The notes beneath the pieces were generated by a model. It did not search any database. It worked only from the letters and a program-made list of their open reading frames with translations, and was not told the origin of the DNA. DNA of 64,000 bases from Bacteroidales bacterium (GTDB lineage: Bacteria > Bacteroidota > Bacteroidia > Bacteroidales > FEN-979), in the NCBI GenBank assembly GCA_038212325.1, contig JBBQUQ010000001.1, positions 8,339 to 72,338 of the forward strand, given 5' to 3'. Every line of letters begins with the position of its first letter. Within the stretch, counting starts at the first letter, position 1. This document shows, piece by piece, positions 43,023 to 52,304 of this stretch. The translations under genes were made by a program, and so were the position numbers.

Positions 43023-44357
43023 GTGAAAAAAAATAAAAATATATATATCGAGACCTACGGGTGCCAGATGAATTTTTCTGACAGTGAGATTGTTGCATCC
43101 ATTTTAACAGAAAGCGGCTACGCGTATACCGACGATGTGATGATGGCGGGGATTATTTTTGTCAACACCTGTTCAATCCGTGAAAATGCAGAGGACCGGG
43201 TGAGAAAACGCCTTCAATATTTTAAATCGCTGCGCAAAAAAAATCCGGAATTGGTGATCGGATTGCTTGGATGCATGGCCGACCGCACCAAAACAGCACT
43301 GATGGAAGAGGAGCAACTGCTCGACCTGGTTGCAGGGCCTGATGCTTACCGGCATCTGCCACAACTTCTTGAGCAGGTCGGAACCGGCCAGCGGGCCATC
43401 GACACTATTCTATCGGTTGATGAAACCTATGCCGACATTACCCCGGTAAGGCTTGATTCGAACGGGGTTTCTGCCTTTATCTCCATCATGCGCGGCTGTG
43501 AAAACTACTGCTCCTATTGTGTGGTGCCATCAACACGCGGGCAGGAGCGCAGCCGGGATGCAGCCTCAATTGTACGTGAAACCCGCGACCTGTTTGAAAA
43601 AGGCTACCGGGAGGTGACCCTGCTCGGACAAAATGTCAACTCCTATTCATGGGAGGCGGGAGGCCGTATCATCACTTTTTCAGATCTGCTCGGGCAGGTT
43701 GCCGCAGTGAACCCGCTGATGCGCATCCGGTTTGCCACCTCGCACCCGAAAGACATCTCCGACACGCTGCTCAAGACCATTGCACAGCATGATAATTTAT
43801 GCAAAGCCATTCATTTGCCGGTTCAGTCGGGGAGCAACCACATGCTCGACCTGATGAACCGCAAATACACCCGTGAGGAATACCAGGAACGTATAACAGC
43901 CATCAGGGAGATCATTCCGGGTTGCGCCATTTCCACCGATATCATCGCCGGGTTTTGCGATGAAACCGAAGAGGACCACCAGGATACGCTTTCGCTGATG
44001 ACATGGGTGGGCTATGACGCCGCATTCATGTTCAAATATTCAGAACGGCCTCAAACACTGGCCGCAGAAACCCTTACCGACAATGTGCCTGAAGAGGTAA
44101 AAGATCGTAGGCTGAGAGAGATCATAGACCTTCAGCAGCAATTGTCGCTCGAAAACAACAAGAAAGATGTTGGAACAATATTCGATATTTTGGTCGAGGG
44201 AAAGTCTAAAAGATCAGACAACCAGTACTTTGGAAGGAATTCCCAAAACAAGGTCGCTGTTTTCACCAAAACGCAATCGGGCCCGGGAGCGTATGTAAGG
44301 GTGCATGTCACAGGCGCAACTTCTGCTACATTACTGGGGGAAGTTGTTGAAAAATAA
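43023..44357 (+). CDS. miaB: tRNA-2-methylthio-N6-dimethylallyladenosine synthase
   Basis: Motifs: YIETYGCQMN (UPF0004 domain), radical SAM CENYCSYCVVP, and a C-terminal TRAM domain. GTG start. Confidence 0.9.
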   Translation: MKKNKNIYIETYGCQMNFSDSEIVASILTESGYAYTDDVMMAGIIFVNTCSIRENAEDRVRKRLQYFKSLRKKNPELVIGLLGCMADRTKTALMEEEQLLDLVAGPDAYRHLPQLLEQVGTGQRAIDTILSVDETYADITPVRLDSNGVSAFISIMRGCENYCSYCVVPSTRGQERSRDAASIVRETRDLFEKGYREVTLLGQNVNSYSWEAGGRIITFSDLLGQVAAVNPLMRIRFATSHPKDISDTLLKTIAQHDNLCKAIHLPVQSGSNHMLDLMNRKYTREEYQERITAIREIIPGCAISTDIIAGFCDETEEDHQDTLSLMTWVGYDAAFMFKYSERPQTLAAETLTDNVPEEVKDRRLREIIDLQQQLSLENNKKDVGTIFDILVEGKSKRSDNQYFGRNSQNKVAVFTKTQSGPGAYVRVHVTGATSATLLGEVVEK

Positions 44358-44359
44358 CT

Positions 44360-44367
44360 TACTTTTG
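44360..44367 (+). promoter_or_regulatory. candidate -7 box TACTTTTG
   Basis: Matches TAnnTTTG, 21 nt upstream of the ATG at 44389. Confidence 0.35.
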
Positions 44368-44388
44368 CCCGTTCAACTTCAGGCTTAT

Positions 44389-45183
44389 ATGAAAAAAATA
44401 CTGACGCCGGTCGCAAAATCTGCCTTGATATTCCTTTTATCAGCAGTATTTTTGTCCTCCTGCGTGCCCCAGAAAAAGATCAAATACCTTCAGCGGGAGC
44501 AGGCAAAGGACACCACCTCCTACTATCCCGGCAAACTAAAGTCGAATTATAAGATCCAGATCAAAGACAACCTCTACATCCGCGTATACGCGCTGGACGA
44601 GAAGGCCTACCAGTTCTTCAACCGCCAGGGGGGCACCAGTTCGTTCAACGATTATGCCAACGACGCCTCGGTTTACCTGAACAGCTACGGCGTGAACGCC
44701 GAAGGCTATATCGACTTCCCGGTGGTGGGTAAAGTTTTGGTGAAGGGGCTTACCGTTGACCAGGCGAAAACGGTGCTGCAGGAGGCCATCGGCGAGTACC
44801 TGAAGGAGACCACCGTAGTGGTTAAAATGGTCAATTTCAAGGTGACCCTGATTGGCGAAGTATCGCGTCCCGGACAATTTACCATTTACCAGGACGATAT
44901 GAACCTGTTTGAAGCGATTTCGCTGGCGGGCGACATGACCGAGTTTGCCAACCGCAACAAGGTGGCGCTGATTCGCATAGAGAAGGGCGGTTCCCGGGTG
45001 CATTACATCGATCTCACGAGTGATCAGATCCTCACCTCGCCCTACTATCACCTGCAGCCGAACGACATTATTTACATATCGCCGCTGGGCTACAAGCGCT
45101 GGGGGCTGGGCTCCGTTTTTCCATGGGCGCTGGTGATGGCCTCCATCTCCACCACACTTCTGCTGATCAACTATTTCCAATAA
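44389..45183 (+). CDS. wza: polysaccharide export outer-membrane lipoprotein (Wza-like, Poly_export + SLBB)
   Basis: MKKILTPVAKSALIFLLSAVFLSSC is a lipoprotein signal. Motifs: YKIQIKDNLYIRVY, GYIDFPVVGKVLVKGLT, PNDIIYI. The track start at 44305 overlaps miaB. Confidence 0.8.
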   Translation: MKKILTPVAKSALIFLLSAVFLSSCVPQKKIKYLQREQAKDTTSYYPGKLKSNYKIQIKDNLYIRVYALDEKAYQFFNRQGGTSSFNDYANDASVYLNSYGVNAEGYIDFPVVGKVLVKGLTVDQAKTVLQEAIGEYLKETTVVVKMVNFKVTLIGEVSRPGQFTIYQDDMNLFEAISLAGDMTEFANRNKVALIRIEKGGSRVHYIDLTSDQILTSPYYHLQPNDIIYISPLGYKRWGLGSVFPWALVMASISTTLLLINYFQ

Positions 45184-45193
45184 TATATTTATC

Positions 45194-47680
45194 ATGAACG
45201 GAAATATCAGTAACGCGCCCCAGCAACAGCAAACAGTTGATTACAAAATCATTCTGTTCAAATTTTACCGTTTCTGGTATTTTTTCGCTCTGACCATTTT
45301 TATCGCACTCATTGTCGCGTTCATCTTCAATAAATACACCAAGTCCGTTTATGAGGTGAAAACCACCGTGCTGATCAAAGACAAGTCGGAAAATAAATTA
45401 AACCCGCAGGATCTTCTGGGCATGGGACTGTTCAACAACATGCAGAACCTGCAGAATGAAATCGGCATTTTAACCTCCTATACGCTTACCTACCGCACCG
45501 TCACCAAGATCGGGTTCGAGGTCTCGTACTACGTGGAGGATAATTTTGTGACCAGGGAGTTATATCACGACAGCCCCTTCAAGGTTATCATGGACACCTC
45601 CGTTCCCCAACCTGTAAACATGTTCTTCAATATCAAGTTCCTGTCGGGGAGCAAATTCAGGTTGGAAACGAGCGATGAGGCGATCAGGTTTTACAACTTT
45701 TCAACCAGGAAAATGGTTGATGGCAGGAAAGATAATGTAGTGGCCGATCAAATATACACGATCGGGCAGGAGGTGCAGTCCAAGCATTTTAAATTCCGCG
45801 TGGTTCTGAATGAAATACCACATGAGGAGCAGGATATGACGAAATCATATTCGTTCATGTTCAAGAATTACGACGCCCTGGTCACGGAGTTCAAATTGTT
45901 CAACATCGAGCCTATCAATAAGGAGGCTTCGATCGTTGAGATTAAACTTAAAGGCGGAAATGTCGACAAACTGGTCGACTTCCTGAATAACCTTACCAAG
46001 GAGTATCTTGCAAAGGGGCTGGAGAAGAAGAACATTGTAGCTTCACGAACGATTGCTTTCATCGACAATGAGTTGCGGGGAATTACCGATTCGCTGAATG
46101 CTTCAGAAAAAGCGCTTATGCTCTTCAGAACCAACAAGGAAATCATGAACCTGAACGATGAAGCAAAGCAGGTTTTTGAAAAAATGATGCAGCTTCAGGA
46201 TGAAAAAGCAATTCTGATGGTAAAAACAAGATACCTTCAGAATATGAAAGAGTACATTGAAAAAAATCAGAAATTCGACGAACTCATCGTGCCTGCATCA
46301 ATGGGTATCGAAAACACGGTTTTAAACGACCTTACCATGCAGTTAACCACGCTCTACATGAAGCGTACGGAGACCTCGCAGTTTTCGAAATCAAAGAATC
46401 CGAGCCTTATGGCGATTGACCTGCAGATTGCAACCACAAAAAACGCCCTGTATGAAAATGTAAAGAGTGCGATCAATTCCAACACCATCGCCTTGCAGGA
46501 GGTGAACAGCAGGGTGGCGGCGATCAACAGCCGAATCAGCAATCTTCCTGAAACCCAGCGTGTGCTATTTGGAATTGAACGGAAATTCAAACTCACCGAC
46601 GCAATATACACCTACCTTCTGCAGAAGCGCTCTGAAGCCCAGATCTCACAGGCTGCCAATCTTTCGGACAATGAGGTTGTTGACGAAGCTTCATCCATCG
46701 GGCTGACGCCGGTATTCCCCAAAAAGTCCCTGAATTATATCATTGCACTGATCCTGGGGATCCTTGTTCCCATCCTCTACATCCTCGGAAAAGACTATTT
46801 CAATGATAAGATCATGGAGCGGGAGGATGTTGAAAAACTCACAAAACTCCCTATCGTCGGCCATGTCATACACAGCGACAAACCCAGCACAGTGGTTGTG
46901 ATCGATTCCCCGAAATCGACCATTGCCGAGTCGTTCCGGTCGGTCAGAACCAACATAAATTACCTGGTTCAGGGTAAAGAAAAACAAACGATCCTGATCA
47001 CAGCCGACATGGTCAGCGCCGGCAAGACCTATGTTTCCATCAACCTTGCCCTGATTTTTGCCTTATATGGCAAAAAAACACTTCTGATGGGATTTGACCT
47101 GCGAAAGCCAAAAATATTCGAGGACTTCGGGCTGACGAATGCAGCAGGAATCAGTTCCTTCATGATCGGTAAAAGCAAGCTGGAGGAGATCATTCAGTTT
47201 TCGGGCATCGAAAATCTTGACATCATCGCGTCCGGCCCTGTACCGCCGAACCCTGCCGAATTAATTGCCTCGCTGAAGTGTACTGAAATGTTTGCCCGCC
47301 TGAAGGAGATTTACGATTACATCATCATCGACACCCCGCCCGTCGGACTTGTCACTGATGCGTTTCTCCTGATGAAGCATGTTGATGCTACGCTGTTCCT
47401 GGTTCGCCAGGGTTTTACACATAAAAAGATATTCGGATCCATTATTCACGACATGGAAACACGCAACATTTCAAACCTGGCAATTTTAATCAATGATGTT
47501 AAGCTGAACCGGAGTTCATATGGCTACGGGTATGGCTACGGCTATGGCTATGGGTACGGTTACGGATATGGTTACGGATCGGGATACGGTTATGGCTATG
47601 GTTATGGTTACTACTCAGATGACAAAGAAAAAGCAAAAAAAAGCAAGACATTTCTTCAGCGTTTATTTTCCAAATCTTAG
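45194..47680 (+). CDS. wzc: polysaccharide co-polymerase / BY-kinase (Wzc/GumC-like tyrosine autokinase) with a (YG)n C-terminal tail
   Basis: 828 aa. It has an N-terminal Wzz-like TM pair with a coiled-coil periplasmic domain. Kinase motifs: Walker A MVSAGKT, A' LLMGFDLRKP, B IIIDTPPV. The C-terminal Tyr cluster is YGYGYG... Confidence 0.8.
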   Translation: MNGNISNAPQQQQTVDYKIILFKFYRFWYFFALTIFIALIVAFIFNKYTKSVYEVKTTVLIKDKSENKLNPQDLLGMGLFNNMQNLQNEIGILTSYTLTYRTVTKIGFEVSYYVEDNFVTRELYHDSPFKVIMDTSVPQPVNMFFNIKFLSGSKFRLETSDEAIRFYNFSTRKMVDGRKDNVVADQIYTIGQEVQSKHFKFRVVLNEIPHEEQDMTKSYSFMFKNYDALVTEFKLFNIEPINKEASIVEIKLKGGNVDKLVDFLNNLTKEYLAKGLEKKNIVASRTIAFIDNELRGITDSLNASEKALMLFRTNKEIMNLNDEAKQVFEKMMQLQDEKAILMVKTRYLQNMKEYIEKNQKFDELIVPASMGIENTVLNDLTMQLTTLYMKRTETSQFSKSKNPSLMAIDLQIATTKNALYENVKSAINSNTIALQEVNSRVAAINSRISNLPETQRVLFGIERKFKLTDAIYTYLLQKRSEAQISQAANLSDNEVVDEASSIGLTPVFPKKSLNYIIALILGILVPILYILGKDYFNDKIMEREDVEKLTKLPIVGHVIHSDKPSTVVVIDSPKSTIAESFRSVRTNINYLVQGKEKQTILITADMVSAGKTYVSINLALIFALYGKKTLLMGFDLRKPKIFEDFGLTNAAGISSFMIGKSKLEEIIQFSGIENLDIIASGPVPPNPAELIASLKCTEMFARLKEIYDYIIIDTPPVGLVTDAFLLMKHVDATLFLVRQGFTHKKIFGSIIHDMETRNISNLAILINDVKLNRSSYGYGYGYGYGYGYGYGYGYGSGYGYGYGYGYYSDDKEKAKKSKTFLQRLFSKS

Positions 47681-47693
47681 GAGGTAAAAGGGA

Positions 47694-48599
47694 ATGAACA
47701 ACCATCATTTGACTCACCTGAAAGAGCTGGAGTCTGAAGCAATTTACGTATTAAGAGAGGTGGCCGCCCAATTTGAGCGCCCGGTACTGCTCTTTTCCGG
47801 TGGCAAGGACTCTATTGTTCTTGTTCATCTTTCGCTCAAGGCCTTTTTTCCGGCAAAAATCCCCTTTCCACTGCTGCATATTGATACCGGGCACAATTTC
47901 GTGGAGACCCTTGAATTCCGCGATAGCCTGGCCAGCAACGTGAATGCACGGCTCCTTATCGGTTCGGTTCAGGAGAGCATCGACAAAGGAAGGGCCGTGG
48001 AGGAAAAAGGGATCAATGCAAGCCGGAATGTATTGCAAACGGTTACCCTGCTCGACGCGATAGAGACATACAAATTCGATGCCGCCATCGGAGGAGCCCG
48101 CCGTGATGAAGAAAAGGCCCGGGCAAAAGAGCGGTTCTTTTCCCACCGCGATGAATTTGGCCAATGGGATCCCAAAAATCAGCGGCCTGAACTGTGGTAT
48201 ATGTTCAACGGGAAAAAGAGGATGGGAGAACATTTCAGGGTGTTCCCGATCAGCAATTGGACCGAAATGGATGTGTGGCAGTATATTCTTGCCGAAAACA
48301 TCGACCTTCCAAGCATCTATTTCACCCATGAGCGGGATGTGTTTTTCCGCGACGGAGTGTGGCTGGCATCAGCCCCTTTCATGGAAATGAAACCTTCGGA
48401 GAAGGTGGAGTACCGGAGAGTTCGCTGCCGTACCGTGGGCGACATCTCCTGCACCGGGCTTACCTTGTCAACGGCTGACACCGTTGAAGACATCATTCAG
48501 GAAATTGCTGCCACCCGGGTTACCGAACGGGGCGGCAGGTATGACGACAAACGGTCGGAAGCGGCCATGGAAGACCGCAAAAAAGAGGGCTATTTTTAA
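47694..48599 (+). CDS. cysD: sulfate adenylyltransferase subunit 2
   Basis: 301 aa. Motif LLFSGGKDSIVL (PAPS-reductase-like fold), and the ending ...RKKEGYF is typical of CysD. An AGGAGG lies 9 nt upstream. Confidence 0.9.
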   Translation: MNNHHLTHLKELESEAIYVLREVAAQFERPVLLFSGGKDSIVLVHLSLKAFFPAKIPFPLLHIDTGHNFVETLEFRDSLASNVNARLLIGSVQESIDKGRAVEEKGINASRNVLQTVTLLDAIETYKFDAAIGGARRDEEKARAKERFFSHRDEFGQWDPKNQRPELWYMFNGKKRMGEHFRVFPISNWTEMDVWQYILAENIDLPSIYFTHERDVFFRDGVWLASAPFMEMKPSEKVEYRRVRCRTVGDISCTGLTLSTADTVEDIIQEIAATRVTERGGRYDDKRSEAAMEDRKKEGYF

Positions 48600-49879
48600 T
48601 GGAACGGACATTTTCTTCAAAAGCCTATCTCGGCATGGAACTTCTGCGGTTTACAACTGCAGGAAGTGTTGACGATGGGAAAAGCACCCTGATAGGGCGG
48701 CTGTTATACGACAGCAAATCGATATTCGAAGACCAGCTTGATGCCGTAAAGCGGGCAAGCGTTCAAAAAGGAAGCGAACACCTCAACCTGGCCTTGTTTA
48801 CCGACGGCCTTCGCGCCGAAAGAGAACAGGGAATTACCATCGATGTGGCTTACCGTTATTTTGCAACGCCAAACCGAAAGTTCATCATTGCCGACACGCC
48901 CGGCCATATCCAGTATACCCGGAACATGGTTACCGGCGCCTCTACCGCGAACGCGGCCATCGTGCTGATCGATGCCCGTAACGGAGTGATCGAACAAACC
49001 CACCGCCATGCTTTTATTGCATCCCTTCTCGGGATACCCCACATCATCGTTTGCATCAATAAGATGGACCTGATGGATTACCAGGAGCAGGTTTATACAT
49101 CCATTTTGAATGATTTTCAGGCATTTGCCGAACAGATATTTCCGGGAAAGGACATGCGGTTCATCCCGATCAGCGCCCTGAAAGGCGACAATGTGGTAAA
49201 ACCCTCGGAAAATATGCCGTGGTACACCGGTGGAACACTGCTGCACCACCTTGAAACCATTCCCATCAGCCAGGACCATGACCTCACCCATAAACGGTTC
49301 CCGGTGCAATACGTGATCAGGCCGGAATCAGATGAATTTCACGACTACCGCGGGTATGCAGGCAGGGTTGCAGGCGGATTTTTTCATCCCGGTGATAAAA
49401 TTGTTGTATTGCCTTCAAATATTGAGAGTGAAATCATTTCGGTCGATACCCTTTCGGGCCCGCTCGCCGAAGCACATCCTCCCATGTCGGTAACCCTTAC
49501 CCTGAGGGATGATGTCGATCTGAGCCGCGGCGATATGATCGCAGGAAAAGACGATGCTCCAAGCGAAAGCTGTGATATCACGGCCATGATTTGCTGGATG
49601 AACCAGAAGCCGCTGCAAATTAACGGGAAATATGCGCTTAAGCATACGACCAAAGATACCCGCTGCATGATCAAAGAAGTCGATTACGTGCTGAATATTA
49701 GTACACTGGATAAGGTCGGGGAAAACAAAACCGTCAGGATGAATGACATTGCACACATACAACTGCGAACCACCAAGCCCCTGTTCTTCGACCCTTACAC
49801 CATAAATCGTATCACCGGCAGCCTGATCCTTATTGATGAAGCAACCAATGAGACAGTTGCAGCCGGCATGATCGTCTGA
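48599..49879 (+). CDS. cysN: sulfate adenylyltransferase subunit 1 (GTPase), without a fused APS kinase
   Basis: G-domain motifs: AGSVDDGKST, DTPGH, NKMD. Its start overlaps the cysD stop (TAATG). Confidence 0.9.
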   Translation: MERTFSSKAYLGMELLRFTTAGSVDDGKSTLIGRLLYDSKSIFEDQLDAVKRASVQKGSEHLNLALFTDGLRAEREQGITIDVAYRYFATPNRKFIIADTPGHIQYTRNMVTGASTANAAIVLIDARNGVIEQTHRHAFIASLLGIPHIIVCINKMDLMDYQEQVYTSILNDFQAFAEQIFPGKDMRFIPISALKGDNVVKPSENMPWYTGGTLLHHLETIPISQDHDLTHKRFPVQYVIRPESDEFHDYRGYAGRVAGGFFHPGDKIVVLPSNIESEIISVDTLSGPLAEAHPPMSVTLTLRDDVDLSRGDMIAGKDDAPSESCDITAMICWMNQKPLQINGKYALKHTTKDTRCMIKEVDYVLNISTLDKVGENKTVRMNDIAHIQLRTTKPLFFDPYTINRITGSLILIDEATNETVAAGMIV

Positions 49880-49988
49880 TGTCACGGTTGCGCCCGATAA
49901 ACCGCTTTTCTGCTGGCTATCTGCAATAAATGCCGAAAAAATCAGTTATTTGTAATGTTCCATCGTTTATTTCAGAAAACCATTATCC

Positions 49989-52304
49989 ATGAAGCCTTTA
50001 CGCTATATTTTCGCATGCTTGCTCATCTTTTCAGGATTTCAGGGAGTCTTTGCCCAGCAGGTCCCCATCGGCCAGTGGCGCGATGAACTCCCGTATACCC
50101 TTGTCAACTCCCTGACTGAGGCAGGCACCCGTATTTATGCCTCCACGCCCTACGCCGTTTTCTATTTTGACAAGGAAGATAACACCGTAGTGCGCATCAC
50201 AAAGATTTCGGGGTTATCAGACATCGGCATCAGCTGCATCAGTTATAACAATGAGTATAAAACCCTTGTGATCGCTTACAGCAATGCCAATATCGACCTG
50301 ATCAAGGACAACACTGTCATCAATTTATCAGACATCAAGCGCAAGCCCATTCTTGGGAATAAAACCATAAACGACATCTTTTTTATCGGGAAAGATGCCT
50401 ATCTCTCCTGCGGATTCGGCATCGTCGTGCTTGACATCGACAAGGAGGAGATTCGCGACACCTATTATATCGGACAGGAAGGCAGCCAGGTGAATGTGCT
50501 CGCCATGACGAAAGATGACCACGACACACTTTTTGCTGCCACGGAAAAGGGGATCTACAAGGCCTGGTACCTCGATCCGAACCTTGCAAATTTCGCATCA
50601 TGGCACAAGGATCTTCAAATAGATTCAACCGCGACCTATAATACGATCACTTTGTTTTCAGGCAAGGTCTTCGTGAATAAACAGGTTGCTTCGGTTACAG
50701 CGGATACGATATATACGCATGCAAACGGAGCCTGGAGCCGGTGGAACCCGAATGCCGGCAATGAAGTGATGCATCTTGCATCAAATGATAAATACCTGGT
50801 TATTGCCAATAAATATAATATTAAGACATTCAATGCCGGGTTGAATTTTTTCACCAATGTTCCCGGCTCACCTTATCCGCAGGTCGCCATTCCCGATAAA
50901 GACGGGTTATTCTGGGCGGGAGACACTTACCTGGGATTATCGAGTTATAATCCAAACGATAATACGGTAAACCGCATCAACCTGAGCGGCCCGTCGACCG
51001 CATTGGCCTTCAGCATGGCATGCAGGGCCAACGACCTTTACATTGCACCCGGAGGCAGAGATGGCACGTTTGCACCTATCTATACCAAGCCTGAGGTTTA
51101 CCACTTCAACGATTCCGACTGGAAGAACATGGCTGAATTCAATAATCCCATGATGATCCAGACGCATGACATTGTATGCATCGCCATCGATCCGGATGAC
51201 AGCAAACATGTTTTTGCCGGAACGTATGGTTCGGGATTGCTCGAAATATACAATGATTCGGTTATCAAGAGATTCACAAACAGCAACAGCACCCTCGGCA
51301 ATTACTCAGGTTCCGACCCGTCCGATATTCGCGTTGGAGGAGTTGCATACGACCCCGAAGGCAATTTATGGGTGGCTTGCTCACATACCAACCAGTCCTT
51401 CTCTATGTATAAGAGCGGGACATGGACCCCGTTCACAATTCCGGTGGAGATCGACATGGGGCAGATGATGATTACCCACACCGGACAGAAGTGGGTTCAA
51501 TTGCGCTACGGCACGATGAATTCCAATTCGGTGATGGTCTTTACCGACAACGGCACTCCCGGGAATTCTGCCGATGACCAGTACCGGCTCTTAAATTCAA
51601 CAGAGGGAAATGGCAACATCCCCGGAACGACTGTTTTTGCCATGGCTGAAGATCATAACGGCGAGGTATGGGTCGGGACCGAAAAAGGCGTTGGCGTGTT
51701 CTATTCGACGGAGAATATTTTTACCGGCCAGAATTTCGATGCACAGCAAATCCTCGTAACACAGGGGAGCCACGTTCAATACCTGCTCGAAAACGAAACA
51801 GTTACGGCAATTGCTGTCGACGGAGCCAACCAGAAATGGATCGGCACCGACCGCGGCGGCGTTTTCCTGTTCTCACCCGACGGAACAAAAGAAATTTATC
51901 ACTTTACTGCCGAAAACAGTCCGTTGCTCTCCAACCGCATAACCTGCATTGCCCTGAGCCAGAATGGGGAGGTTTATTATGGAACCGACCAGGGAGTTGT
52001 CTCCTTCAGGGCTTCTGCCACACCCGGAGGCGATAGCAACGAAAATGTATATGCCTTTCCAAACCCGGTAAAGGAGGATTATGAAGGAACCATCGCGGTA
52101 AAAGGGCTGGTTAACAATGCAGCAGTCAGAATTACCGATGTTGCAGGAAACCTGGTCTATTCCACGCAGGCCGAAGGCGGCCAGGCGGTTTGGAATGGAA
52201 AAAATTTCGCCGGAAAAAAGGCCCGCACCGGGGTCTACCTGGTATATGCCGCCAATGATGACGGAAGTGAGAAAATTGTCACGAAAATTCTCATCATCAA
52301 CTGA
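49989..52304 (+). CDS. porZ: double beta-propeller (two-component-regulator-propeller repeats) protein with a T9SS C-terminal domain; PorZ-like
   Basis: 771 aa with a signal peptide. It has repeated W.GT..G..F blades (EVWVGTEKGVGVF, KWIGTDRGGVFLF, VYYGTDQGVVSF). C-terminal domain: AFPNPVKEDYEGTIAVKGL...ITDVAGNLVY...GGQAVWNGKN...TGVYLVYAA...KILIIN. The size and architecture match PorZ. The PorZ assignment is from memory of the family, not from a search. Confidence 0.55.
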   Translation: MKPLRYIFACLLIFSGFQGVFAQQVPIGQWRDELPYTLVNSLTEAGTRIYASTPYAVFYFDKEDNTVVRITKISGLSDIGISCISYNNEYKTLVIAYSNANIDLIKDNTVINLSDIKRKPILGNKTINDIFFIGKDAYLSCGFGIVVLDIDKEEIRDTYYIGQEGSQVNVLAMTKDDHDTLFAATEKGIYKAWYLDPNLANFASWHKDLQIDSTATYNTITLFSGKVFVNKQVASVTADTIYTHANGAWSRWNPNAGNEVMHLASNDKYLVIANKYNIKTFNAGLNFFTNVPGSPYPQVAIPDKDGLFWAGDTYLGLSSYNPNDNTVNRINLSGPSTALAFSMACRANDLYIAPGGRDGTFAPIYTKPEVYHFNDSDWKNMAEFNNPMMIQTHDIVCIAIDPDDSKHVFAGTYGSGLLEIYNDSVIKRFTNSNSTLGNYSGSDPSDIRVGGVAYDPEGNLWVACSHTNQSFSMYKSGTWTPFTIPVEIDMGQMMITHTGQKWVQLRYGTMNSNSVMVFTDNGTPGNSADDQYRLLNSTEGNGNIPGTTVFAMAEDHNGEVWVGTEKGVGVFYSTENIFTGQNFDAQQILVTQGSHVQYLLENETVTAIAVDGANQKWIGTDRGGVFLFSPDGTKEIYHFTAENSPLLSNRITCIALSQNGEVYYGTDQGVVSFRASATPGGDSNENVYAFPNPVKEDYEGTIAVKGLVNNAAVRITDVAGNLVYSTQAEGGQAVWNGKNFAGKKARTGVYLVYAANDDGSEKIVTKILIIN

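Noticed and set aside
44389-47680. Treating wza-wzc as a complete capsule/EPS biosynthesis locus.
   Set aside because: No glycosyltransferase, Wzx/Wzy or sugar-nucleotide genes flank the pair. Only the export and regulation pair is present in this window.
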